DNA from: an uncultured Acidobacteriaceae bacterium
Lineage (GTDB): Bacteria; Acidobacteriota; Terriglobia; Terriglobales; Acidobacteriaceae
Assembly (NCBI GenBank): GCA_963755245.1
Contig: CAVWJY010000002.1
Span: 45,124 to 109,123, forward strand
Length of the DNA: 64,000 nucleotides
Direction: 5' to 3'
The notes under the pieces are model-generated. The model was not told the DNA's origin and did no database searches. It saw only the letters and a list, made by a program, of their open reading frames with translations. Numbering within the stretch: position 1 is the stretch's first letter; each line of letters starts with the position of its first letter. Of the stretch, positions 9,793 through 21,189 are shown piece by piece. Made by a program: the position numbers and the translations under genes.

Positions 9793-12388
9793 ATGGCGAG
9801 TCTATCGTACCGGTCGGCGGCGAAGATTGCGGCGCGCGAGATGCGGTCGTCGCGCGGGAAGTTCTTTTTTGTAATTCTTTCGGTTGCAATTGGAGTGGCG
9901 GCGCTGACGGGCGTGCGCGGGTTCAGCGCGTCGTTTCGCGGGACGCTGCTGCTGCGGGCGCGGAGCATCATGGCGGCGGATCTGTCGGCGCGGATGTTTC
10001 AGCAGCCGACGCCGGAGCAGCAGAAGGGGCTGGACGCGATCGCGGCGACGGGCGTGGAGATGACGCCGGTGACGGAGCTGCTGTCGATGGCGAGCGCGGC
10101 GAAGACGATGGACCCGCTGCTGGTGTCGTTGAAGGCGGTGGATCCGACGAAGTATCCGTTTTACGGGACGGTGGATCTGGAGCCGGCGGGGACGCTGTCG
10201 GCGGTGCTGGGGCCGGATACGGTGGTGGTGGCGAGCGATCTGCTGCTGCGGCTGCATTTGAAGGTCGGCGATGGGCTGAAGATCGGGAACAAGGAGTTCC
10301 GGATCGCGTCGGTGGTGACGAATGAGCCGGATCGGCTGAGTGGGAACTTTGCGGCGGGGCCGCGGGTGCTGATCTCGCGCGAGGGGCTGGATGCGAGTGG
10401 GCTGCTGGCTCCGGGGAGCCATGCGGGGCAGCGGTATCTGTTCAAGGTGCCGAAGCCGCGGAATGGGGCGGCGATCTCGGATGCGGCGGTGGCGGACGCT
10501 GAAGGACGCGGCTGGAGAAGCTGCTGCCCGAGGCGCAGGTGATCGGACTATCGCGAGACGAATCCGGCGCTGACGCAGGGGCTGGATCGGGCGACGAGTC
10601 TGCTGTCGCTGATGAGCCTGGTGGCGCTGGTGCTGGGCGCGATCGGCGTGGCGATGGCGATGCGCGCGCACCTGCAGCAGCGGCTGGATACGATCGCGAT
10701 CATGAAGTCGCTGGGGGCGCGGTCGGGGCAGATCATGAAGATCTATCTGCTGCAGACGCTGCTGCTGGGGCTGGTGGGTGGGCTGCTGGGGGTGGTGCTG
10801 GGCGTGGCGGTGCAGCTGGCGTTTCCGGTGCTGCTGGCGAAGCTGATCAATGTGCAGACGGATCTGCATATGCAGTTGCGGACGGTGCTGACGGGGCTGG
10901 GCGCGGGGGTGCTGACGACGCTGCTGTTTACGCTGCCGCCGCTGCTGGATATTCGGCAGGTGCGGCCGATTGCTGATTCTGCGGCGGGCGGTGGAGAGGA
11001 GGCGAACGAGGGTCCATTTGTGACTGCGATGGTTCGCGAAGATTGCGGAAGAATGGGGCGCAGATCGGGGCGGCGGTGCTGATCCTGGCGGGGCTGGCGG
11101 CGATTGCGACGACGCTGAGCGACTCGGCTGAGGTGGGGAAGGTCTTTTCGCTGGGATTGGTGGTGGTGCTGGCGGTGCTGCTGGGGGCTTCGGCGGCGGT
11201 GCTGGCGGGGTTGAAGTGGTTTCTGAAGCGGACGCGGCTGGGGCTGCCGTCGTCGCTGCGGCATGGGCTGGCGAATCTGTATCGGCCGGGGAATCCATCG
11301 GCGGCGCTGCTGGCGGCGCTGGGCATGGGCGTGATGCAGATCATGACGGTGTACTTCGTGCAGCAGGCGGTGGTGCGGGAGCTGCATGTGTCGGCGGCGC
11401 CGAATCTGCCGAATGTGTTTCTGGTGGATATTACGACGGCCGAGGTGGATGGGGTTCGGCAGCTGCTGAAGTCGCAGCCGGGCGTGACGGTGGGGCCGGA
11501 GCTGGTGCCGGTGGTGTCGTCGCGGATTGTGGCGATTGATGGGGTTCCGGCGAAGGATTTGAAGCTGAAGAACTTTCCGCGGCATATGTTGCAGTCGATC
11601 TCGCTGAGCTGGTCGGGCGCGCCGCCGGTGGGGACGAAGGTGGTGCAGGGCAAGTGGTGGTCTGCCGAATGAGACGGCGCCGCGAGGTGGCGATTGCCGA
11701 CCGCGCGGCGGAGCGGCTGGGGGTGAAGGTCGGGTCGACGATTATGTTTGCGGCGCAGGACACGGAGTTTGCGGCGACGGTGGTGGCGCTGACGCGGGCC
11801 GATGGGCAGCATGCGTTTTCGCGGGTGGAGTTTACGCTGCCGGAGCCGGCGCTGGCGGGGCTTCCGGTGGTCTGGTACGGCGGCGTGCATGTGGACCCGG
11901 CGAAGGTGGATGCGGTGCAGCGGGCGCTGTACAACGCGTATCCGACGGTGACGGTGATCAACGTGGCGGAGGCGCTCGAGACGGTGCGCAGCGTGGTGAT
12001 TCAGATCACGTATGTGATCCAGTTTCTGGCGGCGTTCTCGATCTTTGCGGGGGTGATTATTCTGGCGAGCTCGATTGCGGGGACGCGGTACCGGCGGATT
12101 CGCGAGGTGGTGGTGCTGAAGACGCTGGGCGCGACGCGAGGGCGGATCGCGACGGTGTTTTCGATTGAGTTTGCGGTGCTGGGGCTGGTGGCGGGTGTGG
12201 TGGGGGTGGGATTTGCGCTGGTGATTGCGCGGGTTCTGCTGCACCGCATGGAGGTCGTGTTCCACGTGCAGTGGCTGTGGACGATTGGGGCGCTGCTGGG
12301 GACGGCGGCGCTTACGGTGGGGACGGGATGGGTGGCGAGCCACCGGATTCTGGGGCAGAAGCCGCTCGAGGTGCTGCGGGAGGAGTAA
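9793..12388 (+). CDS. ABC transporter permease (YbbP-like, two FtsX domains), frameshifted
   Basis: [37 protein letters not shown] and [10 protein letters not shown]...KPLEVLREE across four ORF pieces. Confidence 0.85.
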
Positions 12389-12472
12389 AAGGCAGGGAGT
12401 ACAGGGATCAGGTGTGGCTGGCGATCTGGTAGGCTTGATCGTTATTCGGCGAGTCGCCGAAAGGAGGGTCAC

Positions 12473-12763
12473 ATGCAGGCTGCGTGCACGCATCTGGATC
12501 AGATTCGGAAGGTGACACCGCGTACTCCGCAGGGCTGTGAGGAGTGCTTGAAGATCGGGAGCAGGTGGGTTCACCTGCGGCTGTGCCTGGAGTGCGGGCA
12601 TGTCGGCTGCTGCGACTCCTCGCCGAACACGCACGCGACCAAGCACTTCCATCACACGAAGCATCCCATCATGCAATCGTTCGAGCCGGGGGAGAACTGG
12701 GGATGGTGCTACGTCGATGAGGTGGAGCTGGATCTGCCGGCGCGAAGGGCTTCGTCTATTTGA
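12473..12763 (+). CDS. UBP-type zinc finger domain protein (stand-alone)
   Basis: CTH...GCEECLK...HLRLCLECGHVGCCDSS...HATKHF...WGWCYVD. SD GGAGG upstream. Confidence 0.88.
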   Translation: MQAACTHLDQIRKVTPRTPQGCEECLKIGSRWVHLRLCLECGHVGCCDSSPNTHATKHFHHTKHPIMQSFEPGENWGWCYVDEVELDLPARRASSI

Positions 12764-12841
12764 GGGAGGCGGAAGACCGCTTGTCGTGGCGTGGCTCTGA
12801 GATGCGCGAACAGACGGTTGTTTGGCGCGTTCGACAGTTAC

Positions 12842-12910
12842 AAAATACAGGGGTCTCTCTCCACTGCGCGACGGACGATGAGACTGTCCGTCGCTTCGGT
12901 CGAGATGACG
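12842..12910 (+). repeat. CGTC-type palindromic repeat, A unit
   Basis: AAATACAGGGGTCTCTC..CACTGCGCGACGGACGATGAGACTGTCCGTCGCTTCGGTCGAGATGACG. Confidence 0.85.
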
Positions 12911-12954
12911 TTTCTGAGGATAAGGGCCCGCGAATATGAATCTGTCGATCCATC

Positions 12955-15086
12955 CTATGGAACGATTGTGATCGGGGCCTGCCAGAACGCGCTCTTTTGG
13001 CTGGTGGGATCGAGGACGGTGACCTGGCAGGTGTACTCTCCCGGGGGCAGTGGAGCGAGGCCGACGTTGAAGCGCAGCGGCATGGTCTTGAGGGCGTTGC
13101 TTAGGGAGTTTGTAACCTCCGTGGGTTGGGTTTCGAAGACCTTGGTCTGGCCCTGGTAGAAGCTGAGGTAGGTGACGAGCGGCTGCGACGGGGTGGTCGT
13201 GCCGGGTTGATAGGCCTGCAGGTAGACGTAGAGGTCGCGGGTCTTGCTGAAGACGCGGGTGACGCTGGGGATCAGCTTCTGGCCGTTGAGGACGAGGGGA
13301 TTTGCGGCTTCATCCTTGACGCGCTCCTTCTCCTTGGAGGCGTTGTAGATGGCGTCCTTGAGATCGACGCGCTGGCCGGCGAGGACGACGGAGCTGATGG
13401 GGATCTGCTTGATCTCCTTGTTGAGATTGGGGATGACGAAGGAGGTTTGGAAGGTGCCGATTCTGCCGGTTTCGTCGTCGCGGGCGAGGAACTTGATGCT
13501 GTACTTGCCGGGGAGAAGGGTGAAGCCGGTGTCGTACTCGACGGGGCGCTTGGCGAGCTCGGCGGCGGTGGCGTCGGTGAGCTTGATGTTGACGTTGTCG
13601 CGGAGGTTCTGGACGGTGGTGTTGTAGCCGCCCTCGTCCTTGACCTCGAGGACGAAGTCGATGAGGGTGTGCTCGGCGCCGCGCTTTTTGGCGAGGGCGA
13701 GCTCGCGGCCGGGGATCTTGACGACGATGGGGACGAAGTACTCGGCGCGATTGAGCTGGAAGTAGTTGAGCTCCATGGCGATGGTGAGCTCGGTGACGGG
13801 GTCGCCGAGCATGAGGGCGTCTTCGAGCTGGCGCTCTTTGTCGGCGGTGGTGAAGTGCGCTGAAGACCTTGCCGGCGTAGTAGCCCTGGCGGTAGTCGAG
13901 GTTGGCGGCGAGCTCTGGGGTGGTGGCGATCTTGATGTGGCGGAAGTGGCCGTTGAGCGCGGTGTTGGTGGTGTAGTAGCCGAGGATGTAGTAGCTGGTG
14001 ATGTTCTGCTGCGCCTGCACGATGCCGCGGGTGAGGTCGTTGTAGTCGAGCAGGGCCTTGCCGCCGGTGTCGCTGGCGAGGGCGTAGAGGCGTGTCCTGC
14101 GACTGCTGCATGCGGGTGGTGACGGCGAGGGTGGCGGTGCCGGAGTACATGCCGGAGTTGCCGGCGGAGCCCTGGCTGGCGTCGCCGAGCGGGCGACTGC
14201 GCGACGAGGCCGCGGGCGTCGATGGGCCAGAAGGAGACGCCGGAACGGATGGCGTCGTTGATGGTGGCGTGGAGCTGGGCCTGGTTGTCGATGCCGTGGA
14301 GGGGAGGCCGCTGGCGAAGTAGATGAGGGCCTTTTTCTCGCTGAGGCGGCCGAGCATCTTGGCGGCGGTCTGCAGGGCGGAGAGCTGGCGGTCGGTGTTG
14401 AAGAGGTTGAACTCGCTGTTGTCCTGGCCGAAGGCGGCGCCGGTGTCGGCGGCGCTGGCGTCGCTGGCGATCGTCCTGGGACTGCTGATTTTCGCCGACG
14501 ATGAGGGTTTCGAGGATGCTGAGGAGACGGTCGTGGTCGGCGGTGAAGTCCTGGAGCACGTCGACGGAGCTGCCGCCGTAGCGCATGATGGAGACGAGAT
14601 CGGCGGAGGTCATCTGGGTGCGGATGAACTTCTGCGCGGCCTCGAGCGCGCGCAGCTTGTCGTCGGGCGGCATGGCGGTCAGATCGAAGTACATGGAGAT
14701 GAGGCGGCGATCTTTGTAGCGGACGGTGCCGGGGGACTCGGCGGCGATCTGGGTGACGCTGAGGCGGTTGTAGACGGTGATGTTTTCGGGGGTGGTCGGC
14801 TTGGCGGGAGGAGTGACCGGGGCGGTGGGGAGCTCCTGATAGTCGGCGAAGCTGATCTGCTGCGGGACGCCGTCTTCGGTGATGGTGAAGTCCTTGGCGG
14901 TGAGGCCCTTGATCGGCTTGCCCTGCTTGTCCTTGACGTTGACGGCTTCGATCACGAGGTTGGTGCTGACGGACATGGTGAACGCGCCGCTGCCGGTGCC
15001 GGGTTGGGTGTTCTGGCCGACGACCTGCGCGGAGGCGGCGAGGTGCCGAGGAGCATCGAGAGGATGAGGAGAAGGGTCGATCGCAT
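12955..15086 (-). CDS. Acidobacterial VWFA-related (TIGR03436-like) domain protein, frameshifted
   Basis: Signal peptide MRSTLLLIL. FTMSVSTNLV...VKDKQGKPIKGLTAKDFTITEDGVPQQI, KKALIYFASG, IDARGL, YYILGYY motifs. Confidence 0.82.
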
Positions 15087-15088
15087 AC

Positions 15089-18000
15089 TCAGAACCTCAG
15101 GCGCAGGGCCGTTTGTAGGCTGCGCATGGCGTTGGCCGCGGCGGGTAATCCGAACTGGGTGCTGTTGACGTTGGGGTTCCAACTGGAATACGTAACGTGA
15201 TTGAGAGCATTTGTGCCGGCGATCTGGAGATCGAGATTGAGCTTGTCGTGGACGCGGAAGGTGCGCAGCATGGCGGCGTTGAGGGTGAACTGGCCGGGGC
15301 CGGTGATGGAGTCGCGGCGGGCATCGCCCCACTGGCCGGGCAGCGGGGTGGTGTAGGCGGCGGGGTTGAGGAAGCGTCCGGCGGGGGCGGAGTAGAGCGG
15401 CGCATTCGTAACGCTGGGGCGAACAAATGCGGAGTAGCCGGAGACGACGATGGCGGAGTCGAGCGGGGTTTGCGGCAGGCCGGTGCCGGCGGTGATGACG
15501 GACTGGATCGTCCACTCCTTGTAGAGGCGGCCGCGCCAGCCGTCGAGCAGCGTTCCGCCGCCGATGCCCATGCCGGTGGTGTACTGCACGGTGATGTTGG
15601 CGAGCTGGCGCTGGTCGAAGGTGGAGAGGCCGCGCTCGGCGCTGAGGTTGCGCCAGTCCTGCGCGATGGTGGCGGTGGGTCGCGGTGGTGGCGCCCTGGC
15701 CGCCGAGCGCGGAGTCGTCGTCGATGGACTTCGAGAAGGTGTAGAGGACGGAGGCGGTGAAGCCGCTGTGCAGGCGGCGGCGGAGTTGAATCTGCGCGGA
15801 CTCGCGCGTGGAGTTGCCGTTGGAGGTGAGGTACTCGAAGCCGGTGGGGCAGCTGGGGCAGGGGTTCACGGCGCCGATGGGGTTGGTGTTGGGGAGGAAC
15901 TCCTGCGCGCCGCGCGTGCCCTTGATGCCGGTGTAGATGGCGACGAGCTGCAGGGATGCGGGGAGATCGCGCTGCAGCTTGAGGTTCCAGGTGTGGACGT
16001 AGCCGACGCGGTAGTTGGGATCGACGCCGAAGGTCTCGGGCGTGGTCGCGGAGCATTGGATGAAGCCGTTGGCGAGGGTGAGCGGGCAGGAGGCGCTGTT
16101 CTGGACGGTGAGGCTCTTGGAGAGCGGGGCTTGCTGCGCCATCTGCAGTGCGATGCCCTGGTAGACCGAGGTGTCGTAGGTCATGCCGTAGCCGGCGCTG
16201 ACGACGAGCGAGGAGGCGGGGATGGGCCGCCAGGAGAGGCCGATGCGGGGCTCGATGCCGGTGCGGTCGGGGCGCATGAGGGAGGCTGGATAGATTGTGC
16301 CGGTCAAGGTGCCTTGTGGGGCGCTGGCGAGGATGGGCGCGATGGCGGAGAAGCCGGGGGCGACGTCGAGATTGACGAGGCGATTCTTGAGCTCGGTGAT
16401 GGGGGCGCCGTACTCCCAGCGGACGCCGAGGTTGAGGGTGAGGTCGGAGCGGAGGCGCCAGTCGTCGAGGAGGAAGGCGTCGTAGGCGGACTGGCGGAGG
16501 TACTTGTCGGGATTGCCGAAGGCGACGGTGCTGGCGTCGGGAGTGCCGAGGAGGAAGTCGGCGACGTCGGAGCCGCTGCCTGCGGCGGCGCCTGCGGTGG
16601 CGGCTCCGGTGAAGCTGAAGGTGCCGCGGGCGTTGGCCTGCGAGAGGTAGTTGAACTGGGCTCTGCGGAGGTCACCGCCGCCGGATAGATTGTGCGCGCC
16701 GTGGTTCCATGTCATTTTGTAGGACACGCCGTTGGTTACATTTCGATCGAAGGAGCTTTGGCTGTCGGTGAGGGAGGCGAGGCCGCCGGAGAAGTTGAGG
16801 GTGGGTGGTCCCCAGTAGGTGGGGTCCTGGTCGTTGCCGGTGATGCCGGCCTGGCCGGAGATGTTCTGCCGGTTCTCCCAGTAGGGAGTCAGGCGGGTGG
16901 ACTGGCGGCTGAACTGATAGCCAAGATCGGCGCGGGTGTGCGCGTTGAAGGTGTGGGCCCAGTCGATGGTGCTCTTGAGGCCGAGGCTGCCGGTGGTGTC
17001 GACGAAGCCGAGCAGGGTTCCGTTGCTGGCGCGGACACTGGTGGCGGCGAAGGTGCCGGTGAGCTGGTTGAAGCGGCCGATGGTCTTGCTTGCGTTGGAG
17101 TTGAGAGCGTCCTGGTGGGTGTCGGTGACGAGGGGGACTTGGTAGTTGTATTGGGCGCTGCCGGAAAAGTTCGGTAGTGGATACAAATTCAAAAGCGCCT
17201 GTGCCTGCGGGCTGACGGGGATCTGGTTGCCGGGGTAGGGCTGGCCGGTGGCGGGGTTGTAGAGCGTGACGGGCTGGCCGTCGGCGTTGAGCTCGTGGGA
17301 GAGGTCGCCGGTGCGCTCGGCGAGGTCGGGGACGAGGCCGGGTGTGGTGGTGGCGATGCTGTTGCGGGTGCGCTGGTAGTTGATGAAGATGTTGGGGCCG
17401 TTGCGCAGCAGGTGGGGAATCTTCAAGGGGCCTTGCAGTCCGAAGCCGCCGGTGATCTGGCTGGTATCGGGCTTGGCGGTATCGATGCCGGTGAGCGAGT
17501 AGGACTTGGCGTCGAGGGCGGAGGTGTCGAGGCGGAGGTAGGCGCCGAAGGTGTAGAGGCTCTTGCCGCTGGCGGTGTTGCCGAAGCGCGGGGCGAGGGT
17601 GTAGCGGGAGGTGGCGGCGTTGTTCACGCTGCCGTTGACGAGCAGGCCATCGGTGGCGCGGTCGGCGATCTCGTCGGCGGAGGCGGAGGGTAAGAGGCCG
17701 ACGAGCTGGTTGCCCTGCGGCTTGGGCGAGTCGGCGGTGCGCTTGGGGAGGATGAGTGGCTTGCTCGCTGGTGAGTGGCGCGCTGGGGAGCGGCTGGAGC
17801 GTGGTCTGGATCTGCGCGAGGGAGAGCTGCGTCAGCTCCAGCGTGGTCATGGCGGCGTTGGGCGCGATGGTGATGGCTTGTTGCAGCGCGGAGAAGCCGG
17901 TCATCTGGACTTGCAGCGTGGCGGTGCCGTCGGTGAGCGTGGGGAAGGAGTAGAAGCCCTGTGTATCTGTAACCGTGACGAGACTTTTTCCGTTCTGGGT

Positions 18001-18159
18001 GAGGGTGACGGTTGCGCCCGGGACGGGGAGGCCGTGGTAGGTCACGGTGCCGTGGAACTCAGAGGCGTGGGCGGCGCTTGCGGCGGCCAGCGCGAGGAGG
18101 CAGAGGCCGCGGCGGGCAGCTCTCCTGAGTCGCGGTGAGATGGAACGGGTTCCCGTCAT
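15089..18159 (-). CDS. Carboxypeptidase-regulatory-like domain / TonB-dependent-receptor-like outer-membrane protein, frameshifted
   Basis: Signal peptide, GTVTYHGLPVPGATVT..TDTQGFYSF, DDWRLRSDLTLNLGVRWEY, EPRIGLSW. C-terminal RSLQTALRLRF with terminal Phe. Confidence 0.85.
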
Positions 18160-18979
18160 TAGTTCTCCGAGGGCTGGGCGACGTGATCGACGACGATGGT
18201 GTCGACGGGGCCTTTGGTGGATTCGAGCTTGAGCCCGAGTTGCTCCTGCAGGGCGGTGAAGAGGGAGGGCGCGGTGTTGGTGTTGACGGGTCCTGCTGCG
18301 CGTTGGCGACTTCATCCGACGACCAGCGGAGGGACATGTCGTAGTTGCCGGAGAGGCCGGTGTTGTCCACGACCTTACGGTGGAGCGTGCCGCGACAGGA
18401 AGTATACGAGGCTTGAGAGGGGAGCTGCCTGGGTGGTAAATCGGCCGTCTCCCACACGACCACGCGCTCGCCGTTGCGAGTCGTTCGGGTCGGCTGGCTT
18501 GAGCTTGGAGCCGCCCTTGGCGATCACGAGAGAATAGATGGGAAGATCCTTGGTTTCGTGATGGACCTTGAGCTGGAAGCGGTCGGCGAGGAGGGCCTGC
18601 ATCATCACGCTGCGCTGCGCGAATTGCTCCTCTCGTGGGAGCTTTTTGAGCGTCGTCGCGACATCCTCATCCATCTTGGCCTGGATATCGAAGCTGGCCG
18701 AGTTTGCCCATCCGGGCAGGCCGGAGATCATGTCCTCCGTCTGCAGGTCGTAGGCGTACTGGATCAACGCCTTGAGGTCGACGTTGGTGGCGGTGTATCC
18801 ATCAGCCGGAGTGTTGGTGCGCATGAGCCATCGCTTGATTCATGTGGCTTGATGGCGACGACGTCGTAGGCGGGCGGGGTGGTTGCGGGGGCCGTGCCCT
18901 GCGCGCAGAGCGGCAGGGCGACGGCCATCGATCCTGCAAGGAGCAGGAGGGTTGTGGGCAGCAGGGTGCGTTTCGCCAT
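18159..18979 (-). CDS. TIGR03435-family (DUF3738) protein, copy 1, frameshifted
   Basis: YDVVAIKP, LIQYAY, MMQALLADRFQLKVHHE, VVDNTGLSGNYD, FTALQEQLGLKL...PSEN. Stop overlaps next ATG (TAATG). Confidence 0.85.
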
Positions 18980-19051
18980 GATCGGAGCGGTCCTCTGGTT
19001 ACGGCAAGAACTCGTTACACGGTGACTGCGTTGTTTTGGGTGAAGCTGAGG

Positions 19052-20272
19052 CTAGTTCGCTGAGGGCTTCTCGACGTGATCGATGGAGAGGACGTCGACG
19101 GGGGTCTTCTCGGCGGTGAGCTTGAGGCCGACCTGCTTGCAGGAGGGCCTGGAAGATGTCGGGCGCGGCTTCGGTGGCGTCGGTCTTAGCGGGCATGCGG
19201 TGGCGGGTGCCCGTTGAACTCGGAGTCGTCGGGGGTGAAGGTGAAGTGGAAGTCGAATTTGCCGGAGAGCGCGGTCTGATCGACGACGGGGCGATCGAGG
19301 ATGAGGGTCTGGAGGAAGCCGGTGAAGTCAGGGATGGTTCCGTTGTTGACCATGAGCATCAGACCTTCCGGTTTGGGGATCATGCCGAGGCCGGGCAGGG
19401 TGCCGGTCGACTGCGTGGGGGTGAGCTTCTGGCCGCCGCTGCCGACGGTCAGGACGTAGGCGGAGAGCTCGCGCTTGTCGTGATGGAAGGTGAGCTTGAA
19501 GCGATCGGCAAGCAGCTTCTGGATCATGATCTTCACCTGCTTGGGATTGGGCGAGCCCTCCTCGATCGGGCACGGCGGCGATGTCGTAGCGATCTTTGTT
19601 GATCCAGTCGGGTGCGCCTCACGATCTGCTTTGCCTGCACATCGTAGGCAAACGAGATGAGGTCTTCGAGCGAGGAGGCGCGGGTTGCAAAGTTGCGGCC
19701 TTGGAGGGTGAGGCCCTGCATGCTGGTGGCGCCAGAGTCATTGGGCTTGATGGTGGCGACGTCGAAGGAGGGATCGGCGTCGGCGGCCATGGGTTTGGCC
19801 GGCGGCGGCGGAGCGGGAATCTCCCAGGCGGTCTCCTTGGTGGCGCGCACCAGCGTGAAGGGGCGCGGCTCGGACTGGTTCCAGGTTCCGGCGATGGTGT
19901 TGCCGTCTGCGCTGAGGGTTCCCTGGTAGTTGAGGCCGATCCTGTCGACGGCGAGCTTGAGGGTCGAACCGTCGAGGGTGATCGAGGAGGCGGTGAGCGG
20001 CTGATTGGGCTGATCGACGGTGTAGAAGTTCGCGGACCATCCCTTATCCGTCTTGGCGATCTTGAGGACGAGGCGAAGCGAGCGGCCGGCTTCGAGCGTG
20101 CCTTGCCAATCGCCGGCGATGTCTCCGTGCTGGTGCGTCGCAGCTGCTGCGGTGATGGCTGCGCAGGTTGCGGTGCTTGTGCAACCACGGCAGGCACATA
20201 TCCGGTAAGAGCAGCGAGCGTTATGCATCCCGAGGCAAGCAGCGACAGCTTTCCAGAAACCACTGCAGTCAT
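19052..20272 (-). CDS. TIGR03435-family protein, copy 2, with extra N-terminal beta domain, frameshifted
   Basis: DIAGDWQGTL N-terminal domain. PSFDVATIKP, QKLLADRFKL, RPVVDQTALSGKFDF, EKPSAN motifs. Confidence 0.85.
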
Positions 20273-20473
20273 GATCGGTCGTCACTTTCTCAAAAGCGGA
20301 GTGTACTTCTAGTACGGGGCCCGGGGAAGAAAGTTCACTGCAGGAGCGTTTCGGAATCGGTTGGCGACGCGCCGAGGGTCGCATCGCATCGCATCAACAT
20401 AATGCCATGCGAGCGCATGTTCACGGATGGTTCGAAGTGGCTTCGGTAGAAAGACGAGCGGAGCGAGGAAGGG

Positions 20474-21166
20474 TTAGCGGGGGGAGCGGCGGTCGGGGGG
20501 ATGGAGGAACTGCTCCTCGAGGACGATGCGGACGAGCTGGCTGCGGGTGCGGACGCCGGTCTTGGAGAAGAGCTGCTGCAGGACGGCTTTGACGTAGGCC
20601 TCGGAGATATTGAGCTTGGCGGCGATTTCTTTGTTGGTGAGGCCGTTGAAGATCTCGTCGAGGACGCTGCGCTCGCGGGCGGTGTAGGGGGCGTTGTCGG
20701 CGGTCTCCTCCGGTGCGGAGCGGGCGGAGGTGGCGGAGGTTACGAGGGAGCGCGCGGCCTTGGGATCGAGCCAGGTCTCGCCCTGCGCGACGCGGCGGAT
20801 GGCGGTGAGCAGATCGGTGGGCGAGCTGTGCTTGAGGAAGATGCCGGAGGCGCCGAGGGCGATGGCGGCGTGGGCCTCGCGGTCGCTCATGCCGGCGGTG
20901 ATGAAGAGGATCTTGCCGGAGAAGTGGGATTGCTTGAGGGCTTCGAGGAAGGTGAGGCCGTTGTGGGTGCCGAGGTCGTAGTCGAGCAGGAGGACGTCGA
21001 CCTTGAGAGGGGGGATGGCGGCGAGCGCGGCGAGAGCGTCGTGGCCGGAGTGGAAGTCGGCGACCATGGCGAAGTCGGGCTCGGCCTGCAGCAGGCGGCT
21101 GAGGCTTTCGCGGAAGAGGGAGTGGTCGTCGACCAGCAGGAGGCGGATTGTGTTCTTCGTGTGCAT
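20474..21166 (-). CDS. NarL/LuxR-family response regulator
   Basis: IRLLLVDDHSLFRE, DVLLLD, FLK and TARERSVL...GLTNKEIAAKLNISE HTH. Confidence 0.92.
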   Translation of the reverse strand: MHTKNTIRLLLVDDHSLFRESLSRLLQAEPDFAMVADFHSGHDALAALAAIPPLKVDVLLLDYDLGTHNGLTFLEALKQSHFSGKILFITAGMSDREAHAAIALGASGIFLKHSSPTDLLTAIRRVAQGETWLDPKAARSLVTSATSARSAPEETADNAPYTARERSVLDEIFNGLTNKEIAAKLNISEAYVKAVLQQLFSKTGVRTRSQLVRIVLEEQFLHPPDRRSPR

Positions 21167-21189
21167 TGGCGGGTTGCAGAGGATGACGT

